From contig DASVHQ010000119.1 of assembly GCA_036382515.1 (NCBI GenBank), forward strand, positions 715-64,714: a DNA stretch of 64,000 bases, in the 5' to 3' direction. Source of the stretch: Polyangiales bacterium. Lineage in GTDB: Bacteria > Myxococcota_A > Polyangia > Polyangiales > JAFGIB01. Made by a program: the position numbers and the translations under genes. The notes beneath the pieces are model-generated. The model searched no databases. It was not told the DNA's origin and worked only from the letters and a program-made list of their open reading frames with translations. Shown here in pieces: positions 45,092 to 55,061 of this stretch. Each line of letters opens with the position of its first letter. Within the stretch, counting starts at the first letter, position 1.

Positions 45092-46570
45092 TCACGCGAC
45101 GACGCGCAGCGCTCTGCGTGTGCGAACGCTCGGCAGCGCCGAGAACGCACGCCGATACGCGCTGAACTTGCCGCCTGCGCGCACGGCCTCGAGCACGGCA
45201 CGGCCTTCGCCGAGTGAGCCTTGCGCGAGCACGTACTCCACCCACGCCCAGCGCGCGCTGGTCGCGCGCACATCCACGCGACCCTGCAGGCCGCGACGCA
45301 GCCGGTCGAGCCGGTCTTCCACCACGTCGATGCCCGCAAACGCAGCGCCATCTAGCGGTGTATTGCGCTTGGCGACGAACGGGCTCACGCCCAGCGCCAG
45401 CGGGTGGATCTTCGAAAGCTCGGTCGCGAAGCCGATCAATTCGTCGATGTCGGCATCGGTCTCGTCCGGCAGGCCGACCATCATGTACACCTTCAGGTGG
45501 CGCAGGCCATGCGCCTTCACGAGCTCGGCGATGCGCAGGAAGTGCTTCTCCTTGGCCTTGCGGTCGATGCGGTCGCGCAGTCTCTGGCTCGAGGCATCGA
45601 GAGCCGTGGTGATCGCGCGCGCCCCGGCGTTCTTGAGCGCTCCGATGAACGCATCGTTCAGGCGGTCGGGCCGCAGCGACGACAGGCTGACCTGCCGACC
45701 CTGGCTGCCGAGCGTGTTCACGATCTTCACGATCTCGGGGTGGTCGCTGACGGCGGCGCCCACCAGGCCCACACGCATCGCGTCTTCGGGGATGCGCGCG
45801 AGGATGCGCTCGGCCGGCAGCACGCGCATGCCGCCGTTGGTGGAGCGACGCATCACGCAGTACTGGCAACCACGCGAACAACCGCGCTCGGCCTCGAGCA
45901 GGAACATGTCGGAGAGCTCGGTGTTGGGCGTGCGGATCGGCCCCCAGGCAGGCAAGCGTTCGTCGTCGGCCTGCGCGATGTGTGGCAGCTCCTGTCCGTG
46001 CAGGCTCGGCACGAAGCAGGATGGAATCTCGCGCGCCAGTGTTTCGAGCGCCTCCTGTCGGTTGCGCGCCGTGAACAGCACGTCGAGCACTGCGTGCACG
46101 GTCTGGTCGCTCTCGCCCATCAGGATCGCGTCGGCGAACGGCGCGAGCGGCAAGGGGTTACTGTTGGTGAGCGGCCCGCCGCACAGCACGAAGGGATGGC
46201 GCTCCGAGCGCTGCTCCGCGAGCGCCGGCATGCCCGCGAGCTCCAGGGTCTGGACAACGCCCGCCAGCTCGATCTCGTAGGCCACCGACAGCGCCACGAC
46301 CGGGTAGTCACCGACGGGACGCTGGGCCTCGTAGGTGAGCAGCGGCACACGCGTGCGTTTGTAGTCTTCGAGGTCGTCCGGCAGGAACGCCCGCGCTGCG
46401 CTGCGCCCGGGGCTCTCGTTGATCTCGCGGTAGATGGTTTGGAACCCGAGCGACGACATGCCCACGTGGTAGGGGCTCGGGTACACGAGGGCCACGCACT
46501 GCGCCGCATCCTTGTGGATGGTGCCCAGCTCTTGCGCCAGTCGAGCCCTGATCACGCCGCGCGGGTCCAT
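45092..46570 (-). CDS. Radical SAM protein
   Basis: ERGCSRGCQYC is a CxxxCxxC motif. The N-terminal domain is B12-binding-like. Function is unknown. Confidence 0.85.
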   Translation of the reverse strand: MDPRGVIRARLAQELGTIHKDAAQCVALVYPSPYHVGMSSLGFQTIYREINESPGRSAARAFLPDDLEDYKRTRVPLLTYEAQRPVGDYPVVALSVAYEIELAGVVQTLELAGMPALAEQRSERHPFVLCGGPLTNSNPLPLAPFADAILMGESDQTVHAVLDVLFTARNRQEALETLAREIPSCFVPSLHGQELPHIAQADDERLPAWGPIRTPNTELSDMFLLEAERGCSRGCQYCVMRRSTNGGMRVLPAERILARIPEDAMRVGLVGAAVSDHPEIVKIVNTLGSQGRQVSLSSLRPDRLNDAFIGALKNAGARAITTALDASSQRLRDRIDRKAKEKHFLRIAELVKAHGLRHLKVYMMVGLPDETDADIDELIGFATELSKIHPLALGVSPFVAKRNTPLDGAAFAGIDVVEDRLDRLRRGLQGRVDVRATSARWAWVEYVLAQGSLGEGRAVLEAVRAGGKFSAYRRAFSALPSVRTRRALRVVA

Positions 46571-46654
46571 CGCGGGAATGTGTCATGCGGCGCGGGGTTC
46601 GACCATGCGATGTATTCACGGACGAGGGGGGCGATCGGCGAACGCCGCGCGGGA

Positions 46655-46799
46655 GGGGGTTGCGATTCGGGCCCGACAGGGTCCCCCCAGGGCGCGCGGC
46701 CGGCCTCGCAATGCGTATGTCAATGACGAGTTGCATCGGGCTCGCCGCTGGCGCGCGCCAAGCGGGGACCCACCGCGTCGGGCCCGAATCGCAACCCCC
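46655..46799. repeat. 145-bp element bounded by perfect 23-bp inverted repeats (MITE-like or long hairpin)
   Basis: GGGGGTTGCGATTCGGGCCCGAC at 46655-46677 is the exact reverse complement of 46777-46799. A further GGGTCCCC/GGGGACCC pair lies just inside. Confidence 0.85.
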
Positions 46800-46878
46800 G
46801 CCGCGACGGCGTCACGTCGCGTCGTGCTTCGTTGCCCACCGAGCACCCTGACAGCGGGCACCACGCCAGCGCCACCAG

Positions 46879-47613
46879 CTACCGAATCTTGTGGAACATG
46901 CGCGGCCAGCGCAGCCCCTCGGGCCCGCTCGACCAGTAGATCGCCAGCGCGCGCCCCTTGATCCGGTTGACGGGAATCGCGCCCACCATCGGGTTTCGGC
47001 TGTCGTTGCTGTGATCGCGGTGATCACCCAGCACGTAGATGTGCCCGGGCGGCACCTGCGTGGGGATCGGCTCGGGCATGGCCCGGGCGGTACTGAGCAG
47101 GAAACTGTGGTCACCCACCTTCGATTCGTACACGCGGCAGTCCGGTTGCAGCTGACCGACGCCCGCGCTGCACGGCCCCACATCGGCCAGCGGCAGGGGG
47201 TTGCCGTTGCGGTACACGCGGTCGCCGCGCATCTCGATGAAGTCGCCGGCCACGCCGATCACACGCTTGACGATGTCGACGCCGTCGGCCGGGCTCTTGA
47301 TGATCACCACGTTGCCCACGTCGGGAGCGCCCCAGCTGACCTCGGCTTGATCGCGCAGCGGCAGAAAGAGCCCGTACGAGAACTTCGAGACCACCACGCG
47401 GTCGCCGTTGAGCAAGGTGGGCTCCATCGACGGACCCTCGATCTCGAAGGCCTCGAACAGCGCCGTGCGGATCACGAGGGCCAAGAGCACCGCGCCGCCG
47501 ATCGTCTTGAGGTTCGCGGCGATGCGCTCCCAGCGGCTCGGGTCCATCTCGTTGATGTTACGCGGCGCTGCGGGCTGCGAGATCTTCTGCGCGGGGTCTG
47601 CGGGGCTGCTCAT
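46879..47613 (-). CDS. lepB: Signal peptidase I
   Basis: Internal ATG at 47613 overlaps the miaE stop. Motifs seen are GPSMEPTL, KRVIGVAGD and GDHRDHSNDSR. Confidence 0.9.
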   Translation of the reverse strand: MSSPADPAQKISQPAAPRNINEMDPSRWERIAANLKTIGGAVLLALVIRTALFEAFEIEGPSMEPTLLNGDRVVVSKFSYGLFLPLRDQAEVSWGAPDVGNVVIIKSPADGVDIVKRVIGVAGDFIEMRGDRVYRNGNPLPLADVGPCSAGVGQLQPDCRVYESKVGDHSFLLSTARAMPEPIPTQVPPGHIYVLGDHRDHSNDSRNPMVGAIPVNRIKGRALAIYWSSGPEGLRWPRMFHKIR

Positions 47614-48197
47614 CCATGTACCTGTGGGCCAAGGGGAAGATGCCGTGCGATGCCGGCTTCGCGCTCGGCCAGCGTGGCGAGGCGCGCGCGCGTCTCGGCC
47701 TTGCCGAAGCAGTCGGCGCTGAGCGACGAGAAGAGCGCGAAGTGGCGTGCCTCCGAGGCCATCAGCTCTCGGTAGAAGTTGCGTAGGTCGGCGTCGCGCA
47801 GCTGATCGGCCAGCAGCCGGAAGCGCTCGCACGAGCGCGCCTCGATCAGCGCGGCGCACAAGAGCTTGTCCATGAGCGGCGGGCGACCTTCGTGGTGATC
47901 CTGGCGAGCTGCCGCCGACAGGCGCGTGACGTAGCCGTCGGATGCGGGCAGACCCATGCGCAGCTGACGCGTTGCCAGGTGCTGGTGCACCTGCGCGAAG
48001 TGCTCGACCTCTTCCTGGGCCAATGCGTAGAGCGGAGCGACCAGCTGCGGCTGCTCCCCGGCGTAGCGCGCACACAGAGCCAACGCGCTCTGCGCGGCCT
48101 TGATCTCGCAGTGCGCATGGTCCGACAGCAGGCTGCCGAGATCGGCCTGGGCCGCTTCTACCCAGGACGGATCGGTTGGCGTCAGCAAAGCGAGCAT
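47610..48197 (-). CDS. miaE: tRNA-(ms2io6A)-hydroxylase MiaE-like di-iron protein
   Basis: DHAHCEIKAAQSAL, LIEARSCERF and MASEARHF match my recollection of Salmonella MiaE. Confidence 0.75.
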   Translation of the reverse strand: MLALLTPTDPSWVEAAQADLGSLLSDHAHCEIKAAQSALALCARYAGEQPQLVAPLYALAQEEVEHFAQVHQHLATRQLRMGLPASDGYVTRLSAAARQDHHEGRPPLMDKLLCAALIEARSCERFRLLADQLRDADLRNFYRELMASEARHFALFSSLSADCFGKAETRARLATLAEREAGIARHLPLGPQVHG

Positions 48198-48336
48198 GGG
48201 GCGAGCCTAGCGGCCTTGCAGTGGGCAAGCGCGACGGCGGCGGCCGCGGATCGATACCACGAGCGGCCGCGGCCGGCAGGCCGCAACACGCAAGCTTTGA
48301 GCCCGCCCCGCAGGTGGGTGTACCCTGGCTGCTAGC

Positions 48337-49290
48337 ATGACGCGCAAGCTATTGGCACGCTGGGAGTGGGTCAAGGACACGGGTGGTTCGGCCGGCGTTT
48401 TGCTGGTGATCGCGCTGTTTGCAGGCTGCGGCTCCGCGCCGCCACCACCACCACAGACCGACCCGTACGGGCCGCGCGTCGCGCAGTGTGTCCAAATGCC
48501 CCATCCGGTCAGCGACATGGCCGAGGCGCACATGGTCGCGATGGACGCCGGTCCTGCGGTGCTTGGTTCCACCGAGGCCGAGCGGGCCCAGGCGCGCCGG
48601 GACTACGGGCAGGGTGGCGAGAAACTGTTCTCCGACGAAGCTCACGTGCGGCGCGCCCATCTCAGTGCGTTCCGCATCGACCGCACGCCCGTCACGATTG
48701 CCGCGTACCGCGAGCTGATCGAAGCGTGCGGGATCACGCCGCCGAACGTGCAAACGCTGACCCAGGCCGCATGGAACGCGCTGCAGCAGCGCCTGCACCT
48801 CAGCCACGGCTACGCGCAGATCGCGCGCTTTCTGTGGGACGACCACGACCCGCCGCCGGACCACGCGCGTCACCCGGTGGTGTTGGTCAACCAAGATGAG
48901 GCTGGCCTGTACTGCGCATGGCGCGGTGCGCGCTTGCCGAGTGCGGACGAGTGGGAGCGCGCGGCGCGTGGCCAGCAGGGTCGCATCTATCCGTGGGGCG
49001 ACGGCTACGACCCCTTCCGCGTGAACACGGCCAAGCGCGCCACCGGTGAGCCGTTGCCGGTGGCCTCGCTGCCACAGGGCGCCACGCCCGACGGCATCTT
49101 CGATCTCGGCGGCAACGTGTACGAGCGCACGGTCAGCCCGGTGCCGGGCCGCAAGCACACGTTCGTGGTCAAGGGCAACGGCTGGGACGGTCGCGGCGGC
49201 TACGGTCGCGGCGCGGCGGCGCTCGCAGTGCAAGCCGACGCGCGCAGCGTGAACCTCGGCTTCCGCTGCGCGAGCGGCGAGGCGCAGTGA
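48337..49290 (+). CDS. SUMF1/FGE-domain lipoprotein
   Basis: The lipobox is LFAGCG. Other motifs are [27 protein letters not shown] and GFRCA. Confidence 0.8.
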   Translation: MTRKLLARWEWVKDTGGSAGVLLVIALFAGCGSAPPPPPQTDPYGPRVAQCVQMPHPVSDMAEAHMVAMDAGPAVLGSTEAERAQARRDYGQGGEKLFSDEAHVRRAHLSAFRIDRTPVTIAAYRELIEACGITPPNVQTLTQAAWNALQQRLHLSHGYAQIARFLWDDHDPPPDHARHPVVLVNQDEAGLYCAWRGARLPSADEWERAARGQQGRIYPWGDGYDPFRVNTAKRATGEPLPVASLPQGATPDGIFDLGGNVYERTVSPVPGRKHTFVVKGNGWDGRGGYGRGAAALAVQADARSVNLGFRCASGEAQ

Positions 49291-49291
49291 C

Positions 49292-50011
49292 ATGACGCGT
49301 TGCGTGCTGGCATTCGACACCTCGACGGAGCTCACATGCGTGGCCGTCACGCGTGCAGGGCAGCTGCTCGCCGAGGCCAGCACGGTGTCGGCCGATCGGC
49401 ATGCGCAGACCCTCTTGCCGCGGGTCGAGCACTGCCTGCAGCAGGCGGGTCTGCGCGTTTCGGACCTCGACCTCTTCGTGGTCGGCGTGGGCCCGGGCTC
49501 GTTCACGGGTGTGCGCGTGGGCCTGGCCACCGCCAAGGGTTTCGCGCTCGCCACTGGCAAGCCACTGCGAGGCGTGTCCTCGCTGCCCTTGCTCGCGCGG
49601 CCCGCAGCGTCGCCGGGCAGCCTGGTCGCGCCGCTGCTCGATGCCCACAAGGGCGAGGTGTTCGCAGCCCTGTACGAACCCGATCCGGCCGGCGCGCTGC
49701 AAGTGCTGCTGCCTGCGTTCAACGCCACGCCCGCACTGGCCGCGCAGCGCTTGCTGCTCGCGGCGGCCGGCCGCCCCGTGCGCGTGCTCGGCGCCGGCCT
49801 GCGGCGCTACCTCGCAGAGCTGCAACCCGTGCTCGATGCAGCCAGCACCGAGCTGCTCGACCCGAGCTTCGACGTGCCTTCGGCCAGCGAGCTCGCGGCG
49901 CAAGGGCTCGCCTCGTTCGAGGCCCAGGGCCCGTCCGATCTCGTGCACCTTTTACCGCTGTACTTGCGCGGCAGCGACGCCCAGCTGCCCAAGGCCCCGT
50001 TGCGGCTGTGA
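49292..50011 (+). CDS. tsaB: tRNA t6A biosynthesis protein TsaB
   Basis: LAFDTST and [19 protein letters not shown]. Confidence 0.85.
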   Translation: MTRCVLAFDTSTELTCVAVTRAGQLLAEASTVSADRHAQTLLPRVEHCLQQAGLRVSDLDLFVVGVGPGSFTGVRVGLATAKGFALATGKPLRGVSSLPLLARPAASPGSLVAPLLDAHKGEVFAALYEPDPAGALQVLLPAFNATPALAAQRLLLAAAGRPVRVLGAGLRRYLAELQPVLDAASTELLDPSFDVPSASELAAQGLASFEAQGPSDLVHLLPLYLRGSDAQLPKAPLRL

Positions 50012-50082
50012 GCGGCAGGCTCTTGGCTTTGGGCGCAGCCAGCGCGTAAGGTTGCTACGTTCTTTCGCCGGAGGGTTCGCTC

Positions 50083-50568
50083 ATGCCGTCGTTCGACGTG
50101 GTCTCCAAGGTCCAGATGCACGAAGTCGACAACGCTTTGTTGCAAGCGCAGAAAGAGGTCATCACGCGCTACGACTTCCGCGACACCGGCGCGAGCATCG
50201 AGCGCACGGACGAGGGCATCGTGCTGCGCGCCAACAGCGAAGGTCGCGTGGAGGCGGCGCTCTCGGTGCTGCAGGAGAAGTTCGTGCGTCGCAAGCTCTC
50301 GGTGCGCAGCCTCGAGGTGCAGAAGACCGAGAAGGCGTCGGGCGGCACCTTTCGTCAGCTGCTCAAGCTCAACCAGGGCATCGACAAAGACAAGGCACGC
50401 GACGTCGTGAAGTACCTCAAGGACCAGAAGCTCAAGGTCCAGTCGGCCGTTCAGGGCGACGCCGTGCGCGTGAGCGGCAAGCAGCGCGACGACCTACAGG
50501 ACTGCATGAAGGCGCTGCGCGCCCACGACTTCGGCATCGACCTGCAGTTCGAAAACTTCCGCGAGTAG
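50083..50568 (+). CDS. YajQ-family nucleotide-binding protein
   Basis: MPSFDVVSKVQMHEVDNAL...QFENFRE. Confidence 0.9.
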   Translation: MPSFDVVSKVQMHEVDNALLQAQKEVITRYDFRDTGASIERTDEGIVLRANSEGRVEAALSVLQEKFVRRKLSVRSLEVQKTEKASGGTFRQLLKLNQGIDKDKARDVVKYLKDQKLKVQSAVQGDAVRVSGKQRDDLQDCMKALRAHDFGIDLQFENFRE

Positions 50569-50754
50569 GGCGGGTTTGCGCGCGCCCGGGTCGCGTTGCG
50601 CTCAGCGCGCGCTGCTCACCGGAGCTAGCGCTCATGTTTTCAAACCGTGCACAGAACCACACGCGAGGAAAGGCCCTGAGCTGGGTACGGGCGGGTGCAC
50701 GAACGGGCCGACCGCCGCGAGTCTGGGCCAGCGCCGGTTCGCGAGTTAAGGCCC

Positions 50755-52170
50755 TTAGGCCGCGGACTGCGCAGCGGCCTTGAGCTGCCGGTAGGCGTAC
50801 TCGTAGCGACGGGCCGCGCGCTCCCACGAGACGTCGGTGCGCATCACGCGCCGCCGCAGGGCATCGAACACCGGGGCTTGGCCGTAGGAGGCCACTGCAC
50901 GCGCCGTGGTGGAGACGATTTCCTCGACGGTCTCGTCCTGCGCCACGAAGCCGTTACCGGTCTCGAGTTTGGCGTCAGCGTCGACGATCATGTCGGCGAG
51001 CGCGCCGACCGGCCGCACGATCGGCAGCGTACCGTAGCGAAGCGCGCAAAGCGCGAGGTCGATGGAGACGGGCTTGCGCGCCGGCAGGAGCAGGAAGTCG
51101 GCGCCGGCCAGAGCCAGGTGGCGCTCCTTGTCCGTGAAGCTGGTGCGCACGGCGATGCGCTCGGGCATGTCGGTCGCGAGCCCGCGCAGGGCCTTGGCCT
51201 GTTCGTCGTCGTTGGTGAGGAACAACAGCTGAAGCGCGTTGCGGAGCAGCTTCTCCGCGGCCTCGATGATCAGGTCGCCGCCGCGCGCGGGCGACAGCTC
51301 ACCGAGCACCGCGACCAGGGGAGTGCCGTTCTGCACTGCCAGCCCCACGCCGAATTGCAACGCAGCTTTGCAGCGCGCTTTGCCGCTCATGTCGACCGGA
51401 TCGAAGCGCGCGTTCAGGTTCGAATCCGTGAGCGGGTTCCAGATCGAGGCGTCCACACCGTTGACGATGCCGACCAGCCGATCGCCCTTGGCGTGCAGCA
51501 TCGCGCCGAGCTCGCCGCTCGGGTCGCTCGCCCAGGCGCGCGCGGTGCTCGGGGCGTTGGCGATCACGAGGTTGGCGGCACGCGTGGCCGCACCCAAGAG
51601 TGAGTGGCTCGCGAGCGCATCACGCAAGGTGGCGGACAGGCCGAGCTTCTCCAGCTCGCTGCTCGACAGCCGCTTGTCATCGCCGAGATCGTGGATGGAC
51701 AGCACGCGCGGCAGCTCGGGCAACAGAGCCTTGGTCTGCAAGAGCGCGAGGCCGGCCAGCGCGCCGTGCGCGTGCACAAGCTCGAAGGCGGGCTCGCGCT
51801 TGACGACGAGCTGCGCCACCGCACCGCCGAACACGGCCGCCGCCACCAGCTGCTGCTCGGTGCTGCCCTCGTGCGGGCCGCGTTCCGAGAACAGCTCGGG
51901 GTTGGCGAGGAAGATCAGGTCGACGCCGCCGGTGGTGCGCCCATCGTAGACGTGGCAGTTGTAGCTGCGGCCCGCGGCTTCGACGCTGAAGGTCGACAGG
52001 CGACGTGCCAGGGAGCGCGCCGTGGGGTCGATGCCCGCGTAGAGCGGCGAGACCACCGTGACCTTGTGGCCGATCCCACGCAGGGCCTTGGGCAAGGCAG
52101 CCGCGACCTCGGCCATGTCGGTGCTGGCGCTGAACGGAGCGAGCTCGGAGGTTACGAAAAGGATCTCCAC
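50755..52170 (-). CDS. Glycogen-synthase (GT5) homolog with degenerate catalytic motifs
   Basis: The GTG at 52170 gives VEILFVTSELAPF, where GlgA has MxILFVxSExxPF. There is colinear similarity to E. coli GlgA, for example LVGIVNGVDASIWNP, LRYGTLPIV and DVSWERAARRYEYAY. The KTGGL, RLTxQKG and RFEPCGL motifs are all replaced. Confidence 0.75.
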   Translation of the reverse strand: MEILFVTSELAPFSASTDMAEVAAALPKALRGIGHKVTVVSPLYAGIDPTARSLARRLSTFSVEAAGRSYNCHVYDGRTTGGVDLIFLANPELFSERGPHEGSTEQQLVAAAVFGGAVAQLVVKREPAFELVHAHGALAGLALLQTKALLPELPRVLSIHDLGDDKRLSSSELEKLGLSATLRDALASHSLLGAATRAANLVIANAPSTARAWASDPSGELGAMLHAKGDRLVGIVNGVDASIWNPLTDSNLNARFDPVDMSGKARCKAALQFGVGLAVQNGTPLVAVLGELSPARGGDLIIEAAEKLLRNALQLLFLTNDDEQAKALRGLATDMPERIAVRTSFTDKERHLALAGADFLLLPARKPVSIDLALCALRYGTLPIVRPVGALADMIVDADAKLETGNGFVAQDETVEEIVSTTARAVASYGQAPVFDALRRRVMRTDVSWERAARRYEYAYRQLKAAAQSAA

Positions 52171-52305
52171 GGCGGCGGAACATACACGCAACTGGGGCGA
52201 AAGTTGAGTTGAGAGGCCCGCTTTGGTCGGTTTGTCCGCGCTTCTTCGCGGCAGGGCGTCGGGTTGGGTTGCAAAACCGGGGGGTCTTGGGCATATCCGC
52301 CGGGC

Positions 52306-53244
52306 GTGACCACCCCCCAAGGCGAACGCAACTCCCTGGCCGCCGCTGCGGTCGCTAACGTCTGCGTCCTGGGCGCAACCGGCATGCTGGGCCGCGCCCT
52401 GTGCGCCTCGCTCGAGCAGGCGGGGGTCAAAGTCACACGCTATTCGCGCGCCGAGCGGCCGGGCTTCGCCCACTGGAACCCCGATCGCAACGAGCTCGAT
52501 CGCGCGCCGCTCGAACGCGCCGACGCCGTGGTGAACCTGGCAGGCGAGGGGATCGCCGACAAGCGCTGGACCAAGGCGCGCAAGCGCGTGCTGCGCGAGA
52601 GCCGCGTGCACAGCACGGCTTTGCTGGCCCGCACGCTCGCCGAGCTGAGCGATCCCCCGAGCGTGCTGGTCAATGCCTCGGCCGTGGGCTTCTACGGCGA
52701 TCGTGGTGAGGAGGCGGTCTACGAAGACAGCCCCGCAGGCACGGGTTTCCTCGCCGAGCTATGCGAGCAGTGGGAGCAAGCCACCGCCCCGGCGGCGCGG
52801 GCCGGTATTCGCGTGGCGATCCCGCGCATCGGCGTCGTGCTCACGCCCGAGGGCGGGGCGCTCGCGAAGCTTTTGCCGGTCTTTCGCCTGGGCCTCGGCG
52901 GCAACATCGGCTCCGGCGAGCAGCACATGCCCTGGATCGCCTTGCCCGATGCGGTCTCGGTGCTGCGCTTCCTGATCGTCTCGCGCGATCTCTCGGGCCC
53001 GGTGAACGCCGTCGCGCCCGAGGCCACCACCAACGAGCACTTCACCGACGCCCTGGCGCGCGCCACCCACCGGCCCGCGTTCATGCCGGTGCCGAGCCTG
53101 GCGTTGCGTGCGGTGCTGGGTGAGCTGAGCGAGGCGCTCCTGGAAGGCGCCAACGTGCGCCCGCGCGTGCTCGAGCAGGCGGGCTTTCGTTTCGAGTTGC
53201 CGCGCCTCGAAGATGCGCTCGACGCGCTCTTGCCGGCCGTCTGA
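52306..53244 (+). CDS. TIGR01777/YfcH-type NAD-binding epimerase-like protein (DUF1731 C-terminus)
   Basis: VLGATGMLGRAL and VNLAGEGIADKRWTKARKRVLRESRV. The start is uncertain (GTG at 52306, or 52264). Confidence 0.75.
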   Translation: MTTPQGERNSLAAAAVANVCVLGATGMLGRALCASLEQAGVKVTRYSRAERPGFAHWNPDRNELDRAPLERADAVVNLAGEGIADKRWTKARKRVLRESRVHSTALLARTLAELSDPPSVLVNASAVGFYGDRGEEAVYEDSPAGTGFLAELCEQWEQATAPAARAGIRVAIPRIGVVLTPEGGALAKLLPVFRLGLGGNIGSGEQHMPWIALPDAVSVLRFLIVSRDLSGPVNAVAPEATTNEHFTDALARATHRPAFMPVPSLALRAVLGELSEALLEGANVRPRVLEQAGFRFELPRLEDALDALLPAV

Positions 53245-53291
53245 GCCGCACTCGCGCTCCTGCGGCCGCGCGGCCGCGAGCAGGCCCGCGC

Positions 53292-53807
53292 TCAGCGCAC
53301 GCGTGGTTTGCTCGGCTCGTCGTAGCGCTTGCGCTGCTCGGCGAGGTCGGCTTCGAGCTTCTCGGTGATGCCAGCATGCCGTACCGCCAGCATGCGTGCC
53401 GCCAGATACGCCGCGTTCTTCGCACCATCCACCGCCACGGTGGCGACCGGAATGCCTGGCGGCATCTGCACCGTGGCGAGCAGCGCATCGAGCCCAGACA
53501 GACCACCGTTCGAGAGCGGCACGCCGATCACCGGCAAGAGCGTCTGCGCAGCGACCGCGCCGGCCAGATGGGCCGCCATGCCCGCGCACGCGATGAACAC
53601 CTCGACACCGCGCTTGGGTGCGCCCTTCACATACTCGGTCACGCGCTCGGGCGTGCGATGCGCGCTCAACACCAAAAGCTCGCTGCGGATGCCGAGCCCC
53701 GCGAGCACCTCCTGTGCCTCTTCGACGACCGGCAGGTCGCTCGCGCTGCCTGTCAGGATGCCGACGAGGGGTTTCTTCTCGGTGGTGGTGCTGGGCTTGG
53801 TGGCCAT
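53292..53807 (-). CDS. purE: N5-carboxyaminoimidazole ribonucleotide mutase
   Basis: Internal ATG at 53807. Motifs seen are GSASDLPV, SAHRTPE and AGMAAHLAG. Confidence 0.9.
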   Translation of the reverse strand: MATKPSTTTEKKPLVGILTGSASDLPVVEEAQEVLAGLGIRSELLVLSAHRTPERVTEYVKGAPKRGVEVFIACAGMAAHLAGAVAAQTLLPVIGVPLSNGGLSGLDALLATVQMPPGIPVATVAVDGAKNAAYLAARMLAVRHAGITEKLEADLAEQRKRYDEPSKPRVR

Positions 53808-53930
53808 CGTGCTCGTCCCTTGGTGGTGGAAGACCGCATGTTGTACAGGGTTTGCCGGCGGCTGGGGAGCCCGAGCCCGGCGTCGACGCCACGCAGCCGG
53901 CCGGCCCGGTCTTGGTGTACCCTGGCAGGC

Positions 53931-54794
53931 ATGAACTTGCGCCCCGCTCACGCTCTGACCGTCCCCGTGCTGCTCGCGCTTGCGTGTGGCCAGGCTGCTG
54001 CCCCCAAAGCCTCCGAGCCCGCAGCGCCGCTCGCGGCTGCGCCCGCTCCGCAAGAAGCGCCGCCTCCCGCAGCGCCGCCGGGCCCCGTGCTCGAAGCGCC
54101 GGCCGACCCGAACGAAGCCTGCGGCCAGATCCTCGTGGTGGCCTACAAGGGCGCCGAGCACGCCGCCGATTCGATCACGCGCGACAAGCCTGCCGCTTCG
54201 GCGCGCGCACAGCAGCTGCAGAAGACCGCCGCGAGTAGCAGCGACTTCGCCGCGCTCGCGAAGGAAAATTCAGACGCGCCGAGCAGCGCGCCGCGCGGCG
54301 GCGTCATGGGCACGTACAAGAAAGAGCAGTGGCCCGAGCTCTTCGCATCGATCAAGGAGCCGCTGTTCGCGCTCCAGGTGAACGAGACCGCTGGGCAGGC
54401 GGTCGAGGCGCCATTCGGCTTCGTCGTCGTGCATCGCTGCAAGGTCGCGAAGGCCCACGGCCGCCACGTGCTCATTCGCTTCAAGGGCGCCAAGAAGGCC
54501 GGCCCCGAGATCAAGCGCAGCGCCGACGACGCCAAGAAGCTCGCGGTCAAAGTGCAGCAGGAGCTCAGCCAGGGCGCCGACTTCGCCAGCATCGTGAAGA
54601 AGTATTCGGAAGACGCGAGCAAGACCCGTGGCGGTGACATCGGCGAGGTCGGCCGCGGCCTGCTCGCGCCCGCCTTCGAAGACGCGCTCTTCGCGCTCAA
54701 GGTCGGCGAGCTCAGCACCGTGGTGGAGACCGAGTTCGGCTTCCACGTGATCCAGCGCCTGCCCGACGAGGTGGCGCCGATCATGGCGCCGTGA
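53931..54794 (+). CDS. Lipoprotein with two parvulin-type PPIase domains
   Basis: ATG at 53931. The lipobox is LLALACG. The second domain reads SEDASKTRGGDIGEV...FGFHVIQR. The first domain is more divergent. Confidence 0.8.
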   Translation: MNLRPAHALTVPVLLALACGQAAAPKASEPAAPLAAAPAPQEAPPPAAPPGPVLEAPADPNEACGQILVVAYKGAEHAADSITRDKPAASARAQQLQKTAASSSDFAALAKENSDAPSSAPRGGVMGTYKKEQWPELFASIKEPLFALQVNETAGQAVEAPFGFVVVHRCKVAKAHGRHVLIRFKGAKKAGPEIKRSADDAKKLAVKVQQELSQGADFASIVKKYSEDASKTRGGDIGEVGRGLLAPAFEDALFALKVGELSTVVETEFGFHVIQRLPDEVAPIMAP

Positions 54795-55061
54795 CGGGCG
54801 TCCAAGTGATCCGGGCGCCGGGCCTTTGTCGCTTGTCTCAGCCATCTTCCCCGCGGCAGACGCGAAGCGCTTTGCGCAGTGGTTCGGCCCGCGCTTGCCG
54901 GCCTTCGCGCGGCGCGCCGTGCCCAGGTTGTGGCTTGCGGCGGGGGTGTGTAACGTTGGCTGTGGTCGTGAGCGCGCGCCAAGCCGGCTCGGCGGCTGAA
55001 CGCTGCGCACGCGCAGCGCCGACGCTGCGTGGCGTTGGGCCATCGCAACCGGGAGGAACGC

